A stretch of DNA of 64,000 nt from a virus (lineage: Duplodnaviria; Caudoviricetes), in the IMG/VR virus record IMGVR_UViG_2912874417_000004, positions 66,194 to 130,193 of that record. One strand, 5' to 3'. The position numbers were made by a program, and so were the translations under genes. Under the pieces are notes generated by a model. The model had not been told where the DNA came from. It worked only from the letters and a program-made list of their open reading frames with translations, and did not search any database. Shown here in pieces: positions 27,821-38,509 of this stretch. Position 1 is the first letter of the stretch. The number at the start of each line of letters is the position of its first letter.

Positions 27821-29568
27821 TGGCTAGTTATAAAAACTTCACCTCAAAAAACAAGAAGCATACAAAAAACAGAACAGATATTTACGACGCAGCTTTTGAA
27901 ACTCCTCTGAATCCAGATGACAATTCAAACCTCATTAGCAAGAATATCTCCAAGTGGGCTGAGTTCACCTCATTTATTCGTTTTTATCCAGACATTTTTT
28001 ACGATATGTTGAAACCCGAAGTCGGCGGAATTGAGCTAGATTTATACCAAAGAGTTATGATGAGAACACTCAGTCGCTTCCCTCAGAACTACTTCTGTAT
28101 TCCACGTGGTGGATCAAAAACGCTTACCCAGATCATGGTTGCATACCATACAGCTATTTGCTTTCCTAATGTAACGTTAGCCATTACCGCTTCTACAAAG
28201 GAATCAGCGGTGAAAATTTGGAAAGAAAAACACGAGGAAATTTTAAGGTTTTATCCTTCCATTAAAGATGAAATCAAGAGTGAAAACTTTTCAAAAGACA
28301 GCGGTCGGGTCGAATTTCAAAACGGGGCCATCATCGATAACCTGGCAAATGCCCAATCCTCTAAGGGTTTACGTAGAAGACGTGGCTCCTTAGAAGAATC
28401 TGCCTTGATTGATAAAGATTTATACGATGATGCTATCGAGCCGATCTTTAATATCCCTCGCACAACCATGACTGGCGAAATAGATCCTGCTGAATTAAAT
28501 GGCCAGATTAACCGGTTCTCTACATCAGGATATAAAAACTCAGATGAGTACGAAAAAATCCTTACGATGGTTAAGGAAACTGGTGATCTTAAAGGATCCT
28601 TTGTATTTGGATCAGATTGGCGCATTCCTATTCACTTTGGTCGTCAAAAAATGTCTGTTATTAATAAAGCGCGACAAGGAAATGTAACTCGCTTCCGTCA
28701 GAATTACCTTTGTGACTGGATTGGTGCAAGTGACGGCGCATTAATTAATATCAGTAAATTAATCAAAGCCCGGACTATTACCCATCCCGAACTTTCTTGC
28801 CCAAGAGATAAAAATAAGAACTTTTTGCTGCACGAATATGTAATCGGGGTAGACGTTGCCCGCTCAGCAGCTGAATCAAACAATAAAACAGCTATCGTTG
28901 TTTTGAAGATAATCAGAAACAGCAACAACCTCATTAGGCAAGTTCAAGTGGTTAATATTATAGAGCCACCAAACGGATTGAGTTTTAAAGAACAATCAAT
29001 CATGGTAAAAAGAGTTTTCAAAAACTATGGTGGCAATCAAGATACTTCCCTCTCAAGAGTTAAAGCTGTTATTGTCGATGGAAACGGAGTCGGTGGCGGT
29101 TTAATCGACCGGTTATTAGAGGATGTTACGGATCCGGAGACCAATGAAGAACTTGGGTGCTGGGCCACAATAAACACTGATCAAAAGCCAGATGTCCCAA
29201 ATTCGCCGGAAATCGTTTATAACCTAAAATCCCAAGGCATTAACCAAGACATTATCACTCAATTCCTGGATTATGTTGAGTCCGGAAAATTGAAGTTACT
29301 AAAGTCCTATGATGACATCAAGAACCAAAAAAGCATATCTGATGATGTAATGATTGAAGCAGCATGTATTCAAACTCAATTGTTCATTGACGAAGTTGCA
29401 AACCTCAGAATTAAAAAGACACAGAATTCTTTCACTGTTGAGCAAGTTGTAAAAAGAATCGATAAGGATAGGTACAGTGCAATTGCTTATGCGCTGTATT
29501 ACATAGCTTTATTTTTAGAAAAGGAAGAATCCGATGATGAATATTCATTTGGATTCTTTTTTAATTAG
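27820..29568 (+). CDS. yonF: terminase large subunit
   Basis: PRGGSKT Walker A, LEESA Walker B, GVDVAR and VDGNGVG nuclease motifs, KDRYSA. Confidence 0.92.
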   Translation: MASYKNFTSKNKKHTKNRTDIYDAAFETPLNPDDNSNLISKNISKWAEFTSFIRFYPDIFYDMLKPEVGGIELDLYQRVMMRTLSRFPQNYFCIPRGGSKTLTQIMVAYHTAICFPNVTLAITASTKESAVKIWKEKHEEILRFYPSIKDEIKSENFSKDSGRVEFQNGAIIDNLANAQSSKGLRRRRGSLEESALIDKDLYDDAIEPIFNIPRTTMTGEIDPAELNGQINRFSTSGYKNSDEYEKILTMVKETGDLKGSFVFGSDWRIPIHFGRQKMSVINKARQGNVTRFRQNYLCDWIGASDGALINISKLIKARTITHPELSCPRDKNKNFLLHEYVIGVDVARSAAESNNKTAIVVLKIIRNSNNLIRQVQVVNIIEPPNGLSFKEQSIMVKRVFKNYGGNQDTSLSRVKAVIVDGNGVGGGLIDRLLEDVTDPETNEELGCWATINTDQKPDVPNSPEIVYNLKSQGINQDIITQFLDYVESGKLKLLKSYDDIKNQKSISDDVMIEAACIQTQLFIDEVANLRIKKTQNSFTVEQVVKRIDKDRYSAIAYALYYIALFLEKEESDDEYSFGFFFN

Positions 29569-29586
29569 AAATTGAGGAGGTGAATA

Positions 29587-31128
29587 ATGACTACATCTGA
29601 ACCACAGTCATCATATGAATTTAATACAAATTTAGTGCCGCTTGATTCGTTGTTCTTTAATGATTTATTTAACGGCATTTCTTACGACAAAGTTAAATCA
29701 TGGCTGAAAGACCATAATGTTTACAATAAGCAGATTAGGGATGCCTCTAAATTGCTTTATAACGCAAATGGTGTGTATAGAAACGTTATTGACTACATGG
29801 TAGCCCTCCCTACTTTAGACAGAGTTATTTTGGGATCAAGTAAAGTAACTGATTTCAAATTGAACAAACAAAAGTTCAATCTTGCTTTAAGGAAAATCAG
29901 CGACAAAAGTGTTGTCAGGGATGCATTAGGGAAACTCAGCAAATATGGAACTGGTTTTTATTATTTTGATTCTGTAGCCAATGATTCTTTTCCCACCACT
30001 CTAAGTGACAATGAGATCGGATCAATAACTGAATCAAATGCTATTGATGACTTTAATTGTTCCGTCCTCCCTCTTCCTCTGGATTATTGCAAAATTATAG
30101 GCAGGAAAAATTCCTCTTATCAGTTAGCTTTTGATGTCTCCTATTTTGACAAGTTCACAAGTAACGGAAGATCGCTCAAGCTTAGACGATGGCCAGAAGA
30201 AATCAGACAAGGCTATAGGGCTTATAAGAAAGATCAAAATCGAAAATGGCTAGTTCTTGATAACAATAAAACCATTGCTGTTAAAGGAAGTAGCGACATT
30301 GAAGATCAATGGGGACGCCCAATTGGTTTATCTGCATTTATTGATATGGTTTATGATGAATACTTTGTTGACACTAAACGGAACATTTTAGATGAACTTA
30401 ACAGTACTTTAATCTACCAGACCTTCCCTGAAGGTGATCAAAAAGGCAAATCAGCTTTATCTCAAAAGCAACAGGAACAGCAGCATGAGAATATAAAAAA
30501 AGCTTTAGTAGCTAAAGGAAGCGTTAAAGGTGTTAAGTTCTTTTCTTTGGCTTCGGGAACAAAATTAGACAAGTTGGAAACTAATGTAGATTTCTTGAAA
30601 GTTAAAGGTGAAGACGAGCTCATTAAACGAATCACTACAAATTTAGGATTTGCAGGATCTGCTCTCAATGGTCAAGACGGTAACTACTCTTCTCAACAAA
30701 CCAATATCGAGATGGTTTCTTCCCAAATATTCTCCTGGTTAGAACAAATTCAAAGTGAGTTTAACAAGGTGATAAACGCCAATATCATCAAAGATCCTCG
30801 CTCTTATATTGAGGTTTACTACCTCCCTCTTACCCACGTTAACAGGAAAGAAAAAGTCCAAAACATGAAAGACCTTTATACAAGTGGTCGAGGAAGCCTT
30901 ATTGCTTGGATAGCCGCTACTGGATGGAATCCTGATGCTTACTTATCCCTAATGGAATATGAAAAAGACGAAGGTTTTGATGAAAAATTCCCTGTTCATG
31001 CGACCTCTTTCACAATGAGTAAGAATAACGATAAGTCAGCCGGCGCACCTGAGATCGATGATCCGAAAAATGAAAACACGATTAAATCGAAGACAAATAA
31101 CAGTAACGGAACGCCTTCTGGCTCTTGA
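29587..31128 (+). CDS. yonE: portal protein
   Basis: 513 aa directly after the terminase; synteny. Confidence 0.8.
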   Translation: MTTSEPQSSYEFNTNLVPLDSLFFNDLFNGISYDKVKSWLKDHNVYNKQIRDASKLLYNANGVYRNVIDYMVALPTLDRVILGSSKVTDFKLNKQKFNLALRKISDKSVVRDALGKLSKYGTGFYYFDSVANDSFPTTLSDNEIGSITESNAIDDFNCSVLPLPLDYCKIIGRKNSSYQLAFDVSYFDKFTSNGRSLKLRRWPEEIRQGYRAYKKDQNRKWLVLDNNKTIAVKGSSDIEDQWGRPIGLSAFIDMVYDEYFVDTKRNILDELNSTLIYQTFPEGDQKGKSALSQKQQEQQHENIKKALVAKGSVKGVKFFSLASGTKLDKLETNVDFLKVKGEDELIKRITTNLGFAGSALNGQDGNYSSQQTNIEMVSSQIFSWLEQIQSEFNKVINANIIKDPRSYIEVYYLPLTHVNRKEKVQNMKDLYTSGRGSLIAWIAATGWNPDAYLSLMEYEKDEGFDEKFPVHATSFTMSKNNDKSAGAPEIDDPKNENTIKSKTNNSNGTPSGS

Positions 31129-31145
31129 GAGGAGGTGATTAGTAT

Positions 31146-32300
31146 TTGAAAAGCACGATTTTAGAAATTAACAATCAGAAAAAAACCAGTGGTCAAACAT
31201 ACATCAAGTGGGTCGTTCTCGAAATCCATGAAAATAATACTCAGTTTAATAAGAACGGTATTACCTGGCTGGAGAAATACATAAACGCTAACCTTGAATC
31301 AATTAAGTTAATGCCAATTTGCGCAGAATTCTTGGATGATGAAAACAGTGAGCCATTCGGACACGGTTTAACAGAAGTCAAGGACGGCACCCCTCTCTTT
31401 GAAAACAGCGCAGTGGTTGGTACGACTACTAATGCTTACATTGACACTATTGATGTTAATGGTGAGCCAAAAAGAGTGTTAATAGCTGAAGGCTTCCTAT
31501 ACAACCAGCGCTACCCTAAATTTGTTCAATGGTTAAAATCAAAGATGTTTGATGGTGATTTCCCTGAAACCTCGGTTGAGATAGCAGCTGTAGAAGGTTC
31601 AGATGCAATTGAATATGAAGGTGGCTGGAAAGAGCAAGGACGTATACCTATGAAATTCGACTTTACAGGTGATGCAATTTTAGGTATCGATCCAGCAGAT
31701 GACGCTGCCATTTTACTTGAATTAAACAGTAACAAAAAGGAGGATAATTTAATGCCAAAATCTCAAGAAGAAGTAGTCCTTGAGTTAAACAACAAACTTG
31801 ATAATAAGAATAAAGAAATTGGAGAGTTAAATCAAAAAGTTGAGAAACTTACTGAGGATTTAAAGCAAAAAACTGAAGAACTGAATGCCGCTGTTAAAGC
31901 TGCAAAGGATGAAAAAGCTAAGGCTGATGCAAAAGAAAAAGAAGCGCAAAAAGCTAAGGATGAAAAAGCCAAGGCAGATGAAGAGCTTAATTCTTTAAAG
32001 GAGTTCAAAAACAAGGCGGTAGCCGAAAAGATGCAAGGAGAGCTTAACCAAGCTTTAAAGGAATATTCTCCTGAAGAAAAGGATGTCGCAAAAGAGAAAA
32101 TTGAAATGTTCTCTAAGTCCCCTTCTGTCGAGCTTAAAAACGAAATTATTTCTGAAATCAACTCAGCAATCGCTCGATCCTTCATCGCTGAACGCTCAAA
32201 GAAGCAAGCCTCTGAGACTAATAGCACAAATTTCGATATTTATTCAGAAATTCGTGATTCTGGGCAACAAAGTTCAGTGACTATTGATGATCTTTATTAA
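31146..32300 (+). CDS. yonD: prohead protease/scaffold (YonD-like)
   Basis: Protease-like N-terminus (GHG, TSVEI) plus long coiled-coil C-terminus. Confidence 0.7.
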   Translation: MKSTILEINNQKKTSGQTYIKWVVLEIHENNTQFNKNGITWLEKYINANLESIKLMPICAEFLDDENSEPFGHGLTEVKDGTPLFENSAVVGTTTNAYIDTIDVNGEPKRVLIAEGFLYNQRYPKFVQWLKSKMFDGDFPETSVEIAAVEGSDAIEYEGGWKEQGRIPMKFDFTGDAILGIDPADDAAILLELNSNKKEDNLMPKSQEEVVLELNNKLDNKNKEIGELNQKVEKLTEDLKQKTEELNAAVKAAKDEKAKADAKEKEAQKAKDEKAKADEELNSLKEFKNKAVAEKMQGELNQALKEYSPEEKDVAKEKIEMFSKSPSVELKNEIISEINSAIARSFIAERSKKQASETNSTNFDIYSEIRDSGQQSSVTIDDLY

Positions 32301-32340
32301 GATAAAATAACACTTTTATAAAATTTAGGAGGAATACTCA

Positions 32341-32805
32341 ATGTTCAAATTCGGAACAATTGGTGCTTATAAACAAGTACGAAATAATCCACGCTGCAAG
32401 GCTAGTGTCGATTTAGTCCCTGGTCTAGTCGTAATCCCTAACGATTCTTCTGGTAATGCATTCCCTCCAGGCGCATCTTCAACTGCAAAAGGTGATGTAT
32501 ATGTGGTTGGAAACATTATTGATAAACCTGAAATTCGCAATAAAGAAGACTTCAAAGTTCTAAAAGGTGAGTATGTCCTCGCTTTCAATGTAGCAGATTT
32601 AAAAGGACTGCCAGTAGAGCTCAGCGCTGATACTGTAGTAGATTATGATTCTCTTGTGAAAGACGACGTTTTGGTTCCTACAGCAGATAAAAGCGGCAAA
32701 TGGGTTAAAGCTGGCGATGACGTTGCAGAATTTAAAGTGTCTTTAAAAGTTGTAGAGAAAACTTCATTTGGCGGAAAAGGTTTGTACCTAACAGTACAGG
32801 CTTAA
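32341..32805 (+). CDS. head decoration/structural protein (YonC-like)
   Basis: Position between scaffold and capsid. Confidence 0.6.
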   Translation: MFKFGTIGAYKQVRNNPRCKASVDLVPGLVVIPNDSSGNAFPPGASSTAKGDVYVVGNIIDKPEIRNKEDFKVLKGEYVLAFNVADLKGLPVELSADTVVDYDSLVKDDVLVPTADKSGKWVKAGDDVAEFKVSLKVVEKTSFGGKGLYLTVQA

Positions 32806-32829
32806 TTATAATTCTGGAGGTAATTATTA

Positions 32830-33936
32830 ATGTTTACAGTTGAATTAAACAATGTTCAAAAAGACTCAAACCATTATGCAAATGCTAAATTGAATGCTAA
32901 ATCCCCTCTTGTGGAAATCTTTTCTGCAGCTGCAACAGGTCAAGACCTTTCCAAATTTGGTGCAAAAGCCGATGCAGCTATGACCCATGTGAAGGAACTA
33001 GCTTCAAAAGCTATCATGGGCAATCCTGTAGCTAAAGCCGAGATCAACACGATTGTTCGTTATGCTATCGAGCCTAAACTTATTTCAGCAATTAAGCTAT
33101 TTGATTTTATGGGCACATTTAGAACTATTGGCTATGATCAGCAACCGATGATGACAACATACGCGCATGAATCCATCCGAAGCCAATTCCAAGCTTCTCG
33201 TGGTGACGTACCGTTCGCTACTACAACTTGGAGCGAATATCCGATTGGAACTCAAACCATTTCTTCTGGCTATGCTGTTAACTATCGTGAGATTCAAAGT
33301 GGGAATCTTGATAAAGTAGCTGAAGGCATGGAGCAAGTTCAAACAGATATGATGAACAAAGCAATGTACTATGTTGTAAACGAAATGTTCAATGCAATTA
33401 AAAATGCAACAGGCGTTAAATACTTTGCTGAAACTGAAGGTATCACCAAATCATCTGTAGATGATATTATCAAAAAGGTTCGCCGATTTGGACAACCTTC
33501 TATTGTTGGTGACTTTTCTGTTGTTTCTCAGCTAAATGACTTTGCAGGGTTCCAGGCTGTAGCCGGAGAAGCTTCAAGCACTAAACTCCCTCAGTCTGTA
33601 ATGGATGAAATTCGAAGAACAGGATTGCTTAACACTTATAAAGGTTCTTCTGTTGTGGAATTACCTAATGCTTATAATCTTACTGAATTAAATAAAGCCG
33701 GTGACAACTTCAACACATATCTCCCTGAAGGACTTCTCTTCTTCATTCCTCAAGGTAAAAAGTCTCCTCTTCAAGTTTTCCAAAAAGGCGGACTCACATC
33801 AATGAATGGTAACGACATTATTACCGGAACCGAGATCACTCGTTTTGATATGGAAATTGGAGCTGGTGTAGCCAAAGGACAAGAACATCAAATCGGTCTC
33901 ATCAGAGACACAAAATATGAATTACCACAAATTTAA
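32830..33936 (+). CDS. major capsid protein (YonB position)
   Basis: 368 aa; strong RBS; followed by terminator 33950-33973; position in head module. Confidence 0.75.
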   Translation: MFTVELNNVQKDSNHYANAKLNAKSPLVEIFSAAATGQDLSKFGAKADAAMTHVKELASKAIMGNPVAKAEINTIVRYAIEPKLISAIKLFDFMGTFRTIGYDQQPMMTTYAHESIRSQFQASRGDVPFATTTWSEYPIGTQTISSGYAVNYREIQSGNLDKVAEGMEQVQTDMMNKAMYYVVNEMFNAIKNATGVKYFAETEGITKSSVDDIIKKVRRFGQPSIVGDFSVVSQLNDFAGFQAVAGEASSTKLPQSVMDEIRRTGLLNTYKGSSVVELPNAYNLTELNKAGDNFNTYLPEGLLFFIPQGKKSPLQVFQKGGLTSMNGNDIITGTEITRFDMEIGAGVAKGQEHQIGLIRDTKYELPQI

Positions 33937-33990
33937 ACAATTTAAAATTTAGGAGGGCTGTGTCCCTCCTTTTATTTTTGGAGGGATTAC

Positions 33991-34464
33991 ATGTCTTTTA
34001 ATTTAGATAAAAAGATTACAATTAAAAATTTATGTCCATGGGATTTATATTTCCGAAAGATTGACACTCACGGTGACTTCAGATTGCCGGCCAATGGAAT
34101 TAGACAGATCACAGCTGGGGAAGTGCAATCCCAAGTCTATGACAATACCTCACTATTTACTGGAACTGACGGTCAAGGTACTCATGCCAAAATCTATATT
34201 GATGACAAAGAAACCCGTGTGCACTTAGGTTTTGAGACCGAAGATAAAGACGACAAGCAAGAAATTGTTACTGTAGAACGAATTAAACAAATCTTGGGAT
34301 ACAAAACCCAAAAAGCCTTCGAAGAAAATGTTCAAAAGGAAATCTTGCTTGAGTCTGAAAAAGCTCAGCTGTTTGATGTAGCTAAAAAAGAAAAAATTAA
34401 TGATTACGCTAAGATTAAATTTATTGAAGAATACACTGGGTTTAAATTTGATACTCAATCATAA
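33991..34464 (+). CDS. head completion protein (YonA position)
   Basis: Synteny. Confidence 0.55.
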   Translation: MSFNLDKKITIKNLCPWDLYFRKIDTHGDFRLPANGIRQITAGEVQSQVYDNTSLFTGTDGQGTHAKIYIDDKETRVHLGFETEDKDDKQEIVTVERIKQILGYKTQKAFEENVQKEILLESEKAQLFDVAKKEKINDYAKIKFIEEYTGFKFDTQS

Positions 34465-34476
34465 GGGGGTTAAATC

Positions 34477-34863
34477 TTGACTCCTTATGAAAAAATAATT
34501 AACGTTTTCCACTCAATGTTTCAATCAAATGAAATTCTCCCCGATGGTCTTGAGCAGCAGTTTTTCATTAACGCAGTTGGTGAATACGAAACCGAACTGA
34601 CAGAACTTGGTTATGATGACAAGTCCAATACATTTAAAGAACCCCTCACATCTCCTCAAATTCAGATTTTAGGAATGCTCATGTATAAAGGCTATCTTGG
34701 AAGATACCGTGACAGAGCCTTAAAATTAAATAATGTTGTGGGTCGAGATATTCAATTGACGGGGTTAGCAAACACAAAAGCTCAAGTTAACAGGGCATAC
34801 GAAGACCTAATCGATGATATCGAAAAAAAGTTAAGCAAATTAAAAATGAATAACTTTGATTGA
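34477..34863 (+). CDS. head-tail adaptor (YomZ-like)
   Basis: Size and synteny. Confidence 0.55.
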   Translation: MTPYEKIINVFHSMFQSNEILPDGLEQQFFINAVGEYETELTELGYDDKSNTFKEPLTSPQIQILGMLMYKGYLGRYRDRALKLNNVVGRDIQLTGLANTKAQVNRAYEDLIDDIEKKLSKLKMNNFD

Positions 34864-34872
34864 GGTGATTAG

Positions 34873-35538
34873 ATGTCTATAGATTGGTATCTAACCTCTT
34901 CTTCAAATTATTTGAGTGGCTGGGAAAACGAAGAGTTTAATTCAAACAAGTATGAAATTTTCAAAGAAATCTTAGCAAATTCACCTGAAACTTACGACAT
35001 TGAATTGAATGGTAAGCCTGAACAGGTGATAATTCAAACCACTCAGGACAGCGAAACAAAAAAAGTCCTTACAGTTTTAGGCTTATTAAATCGTGGAGAC
35101 TTGATTTTGTATGACGGTAGTTACTGGTTAGTTAATTCACGCCCTACCGATAACAAAATGAATGACAGTGCTACTATGCGGCTTTGTAATTCATCAATTA
35201 GTCTAACATCTTCTGACAAACTAATTGATTCTGGAAAGATTGATGAAGTTACAGGGAGACCGATAAAGATTAAAGTACCCGGTGAGAAGGTTGACATCCC
35301 GTGTGTTTTAGAACGGACAACCTCAACAATTGGGTCAGAATTGGCCATAAACATTCCTGAAGGGCAAGCACATGTCACCATCCCCTTTTTTAAACATGAA
35401 AAATTAAAGAAGGGTCTTTTTCTTTCTTTTTATGGCGAGGAATTCCGTGTTGATGATATAGACTATTCCAAGGTCTATGGAGACACCGGAACAATTAGAC
35501 TTATAGCCAAAAAGAAAGTTGGAGGTGATAGCGAATGA
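34873..35538 (+). CDS. head-tail joining/closure protein (YomX-like)
   Basis: Size and synteny. Confidence 0.55.
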   Translation: MSIDWYLTSSSNYLSGWENEEFNSNKYEIFKEILANSPETYDIELNGKPEQVIIQTTQDSETKKVLTVLGLLNRGDLILYDGSYWLVNSRPTDNKMNDSATMRLCNSSISLTSSDKLIDSGKIDEVTGRPIKIKVPGEKVDIPCVLERTTSTIGSELAINIPEGQAHVTIPFFKHEKLKKGLFLSFYGEEFRVDDIDYSKVYGDTGTIRLIAKKKVGGDSE

Positions 35539-36041
35539 GTATGATGGTCGAAAATATGACAACTGTATTCAGAACCATTATGAATGATACAGAATTGAAT
35601 CGTCTTTTATATTATAAGGATGACCCTCTCTCCTCTTCTCTCCCTGACGTTCAGACGTTGGAAAATTATTATGATTCAGTAGATGATTCCCCATCGATAT
35701 TAAGCTCAATAATTAAACGTGCTCCCAAAACCGATGATTTAACCGATCAACCAATATGCAGACTTTGTGTTTATCTTGGCAATGGAATCCCTAAACCCTC
35801 AACCCAAAGTGTGATGCTACTAGATCAAGATTTGATGATTGATGTTTATACACACATTAACACCTATGAAGAGACTGAATTCAGGAACCTGAAAATTACT
35901 GATCGTATTTGTGACATGCTCTTCAATCAAAATTTTGCTGGTATCGGTAAAAATGTTAAATACACAAGGTTGCTCATATCAAATGCGCCTGAAGGGTACT
36001 TGGGATACAAATTAATATTCACTTTCGGAGCTATGAAATGA
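35535..36041 (+). CDS. tail terminator-like protein (YomW-like)
   Basis: 168 aa; synteny. Confidence 0.55.
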   Translation: MSMMVENMTTVFRTIMNDTELNRLLYYKDDPLSSSLPDVQTLENYYDSVDDSPSILSSIIKRAPKTDDLTDQPICRLCVYLGNGIPKPSTQSVMLLDQDLMIDVYTHINTYEETEFRNLKITDRICDMLFNQNFAGIGKNVKYTRLLISNAPEGYLGYKLIFTFGAMK

Positions 36042-36763
36042 TTGATATGGAGTTTTTCATTACTGGAGAGCCTATCTCTACAGAACTTGGTGAATGCAGA
36101 TTCATTAAAGTTAAAGAGTACGGTCAGTTAGCCAATTATTTAAGGCTAATCAAAATGTCCAAAAAAGAGATCATTTATGTTTATAGCAAAGAAGATGTTA
36201 ATCGTTTTGGGGAACTTGATGAGCTTGTTGCTGAATTAAAAAAAATGACTCTTTATGAAATTTCGGGTACCCTTCCTAATTTTCAAGAAGCCTATAGCAC
36301 AGTGTTTTCTAAAATGTTCAATGGAGAAGAAATACTGGATAAGCTTACTCCAGACAACTTCAATTCCATTAGAGAACTTGTATTAAAAATGTGTTGTTTG
36401 AAGGAAGAAAAAATAAGCTCCAATCCTGAGATTCAAAAAGCTAATGAGCGAAGCAAAAGAGTTAAGAGTCAAGATGTGGATCCAGTTGATATGGCAGATA
36501 TCATTAGCACAGTATCAACTTATACAGGCTATCTTTATAAAGACATTAATGATATGACCCTGTTTCAACTTTATATGACTTATCACCGGATTGCTCAATT
36601 CAAGCAATATGACACTTCTACCCTCTTTGCTACAGTTTCACCAGAAGCAGGTAAAAACATTGTAAACTGGGATAAACACATTGACTTATTTGAGGAAGAG
36701 AAACATTACATAAGCCGAGATAAGTTTATGAAAGAGACCAAAGGTTTTTCTAAGGGCAGCTAA
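36038..36763 (+). CDS. YomV-like tail-associated protein
   Basis: 241 aa; synteny. Confidence 0.55.
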   Translation: MIDMEFFITGEPISTELGECRFIKVKEYGQLANYLRLIKMSKKEIIYVYSKEDVNRFGELDELVAELKKMTLYEISGTLPNFQEAYSTVFSKMFNGEEILDKLTPDNFNSIRELVLKMCCLKEEKISSNPEIQKANERSKRVKSQDVDPVDMADIISTVSTYTGYLYKDINDMTLFQLYMTYHRIAQFKQYDTSTLFATVSPEAGKNIVNWDKHIDLFEEEKHYISRDKFMKETKGFSKGS

Positions 36764-36801
36764 AAGCTGTTCTTTTTTTATTTTAAGGAGGAAATCTATA
36801 G

Positions 36802-37593
36802 ATGAAAACAGTTATTCAAGATACAGCTGATGTTTATTTCAGAAGAAAATCTGATGGTCAGCTTGTATTCACAGCAGAAGCACAAACAGCTTCATTCTCC
36901 CAAGCCATCTCCGAAGACAAGCTTCGTGGCGGTATCGGGAATAAACCACTTTATATCTTAAAGTCTGAAAAAGAAATCAATCTTACTGTCAAGAATGCAT
37001 TTTTCGACCTTGAATGGTTGGCAATGACACAAGGTGAAACAATTGAGGAAGAAGCAAAAGTTCAGGTTTTTGACCGTGAACACGGTCTAATTGTTGATGA
37101 CAAAAATACGGTTACTCTTAAAGGTAAACCGGTAAGTGATGTAACCTTCTTCAACAAAAAAGGATTAACTTATAAGACGCCTGTGTCTACAGATGGCACG
37201 TATTTAATCCCTACTGGATTTGCTGGTACAAAAGAGAAATTAACAGCCGTATATCAGATTAACAAAATCGGCAGACGGCTCGCTATTAAAGCAAGTAAAT
37301 TCTCCGAGCGATATGAAGTTGAGTACCGTACAATTGCGTATAACCCTGATACCGAAGAGGTCTATAGTGATATCTATATTCAATTCCCTAACGTATCCCC
37401 TTCAGGTGAGTTTGAAATGTCCCTCGAAAACGGTAATGCATTAGCTCCAGAAATTAAATTTGAAGCACTGGCCGACACTGACACAGACGAGATGGCAGTT
37501 GTTATTGAAGCGAGCAGAGATGATAATGTAGCCACTCCAGATCCTGACCCTGATACAGAAACTCAAACTAAATCCGTAGACGTTGGCAATTAA
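36802..37593 (+). CDS. major tail tube protein (YomU-like)
   Basis: Beta-rich 263 aa; YIQFPNVSPSGEFEMSL motif; strong RBS. Confidence 0.7.
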   Translation: MKTVIQDTADVYFRRKSDGQLVFTAEAQTASFSQAISEDKLRGGIGNKPLYILKSEKEINLTVKNAFFDLEWLAMTQGETIEEEAKVQVFDREHGLIVDDKNTVTLKGKPVSDVTFFNKKGLTYKTPVSTDGTYLIPTGFAGTKEKLTAVYQINKIGRRLAIKASKFSERYEVEYRTIAYNPDTEEVYSDIYIQFPNVSPSGEFEMSLENGNALAPEIKFEALADTDTDEMAVVIEASRDDNVATPDPDPDTETQTKSVDVGN

Positions 37594-37613
37594 TTTTACA
37601 GGAGTGATTTTTA

Positions 37614-38081
37614 ATGGCAGCAAAACTTAATGATTTCGATGGCGTAAAATCTTCAGCTAGAGATGATGGAAACGGCGGTTTAGTAACTGACATTCATCTC
37701 AAATCACAAGAAAAACCTCTACAAGTTGACTTTCCTCAAACTGGCTTGGACGCTATCAAAGGGATCCAAGTGCAAGCCCCTTCCGTGACCTTGAATGAAA
37801 GAGATCCGGGTTTCTCCTCTTTTAAAACGGATAAATTCACTGTTACTTCAACAGCCCAAAAAGTTACCGCAGGTATCACTGACAGAACAGCACTTACTAT
37901 TTATCCTCCCGCAGAAGGCACGGTTTACATTGGAAACTCTACTGTAACCGCTGATACAGGTATCCCATTGACAGCCGGTGACAAACCTTTTTCGGTGCCT
38001 GTTGCTGCTGGCAAAACACTTTATGTCTATGTGATCAATGACGGTACTGACAGGGATGTAAGAGTATTTGAAGCTAAATAA
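37614..38081 (+). CDS. virion accessory/decoration protein
   Basis: Beta-sandwich-like C-terminus (VYIGNSTVTADTGIPL). Confidence 0.55.
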   Translation: MAAKLNDFDGVKSSARDDGNGGLVTDIHLKSQEKPLQVDFPQTGLDAIKGIQVQAPSVTLNERDPGFSSFKTDKFTVTSTAQKVTAGITDRTALTIYPPAEGTVYIGNSTVTADTGIPLTAGDKPFSVPVAAGKTLYVYVINDGTDRDVRVFEAK

Positions 38082-38143
38082 TTTGAGGGGATCCTTCCCC
38101 TCTCCTTTTTAAATAAAAGTCAGTTTTTAAACAGACTTAGGAG

Positions 38144-38509
38144 GTGGAGTTGTTGACAGAAACCGATGAAAATATTTTAAAAACCATTCCAGATAAAGCA
38201 ACCTTTACATTCCACGAAGCAACAACTGCCCCGTCTGAAGGTGAAGAATTTGTAGTATCACATTATCGGGATATTACTGTTAAGATCTCTGGTTCCTCAA
38301 CTTCAAGAGAAATAAAATTCTTTGCCGTAGATGAAAATGGTGAAAAGACAGAAATTGCTGGAACAAACAAAACTGATTTTCAATTAGGTACGGGCACATT
38401 GAATACAAATGAAAACTGGGATTTTGATATTGCAGGGCTTTTCAAATTCATGGTTGAGGTTGTTTCCGTAAATGGAGATGTAACGATTAAAGGAATTGCG
38501 GTGAGTTAA
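38144..38509 (+). CDS. YomS-like tail-associated protein
   Basis: 121 aa; synteny. Confidence 0.6.
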   Translation: MELLTETDENILKTIPDKATFTFHEATTAPSEGEEFVVSHYRDITVKISGSSTSREIKFFAVDENGEKTEIAGTNKTDFQLGTGTLNTNENWDFDIAGLFKFMVEVVSVNGDVTIKGIAVS

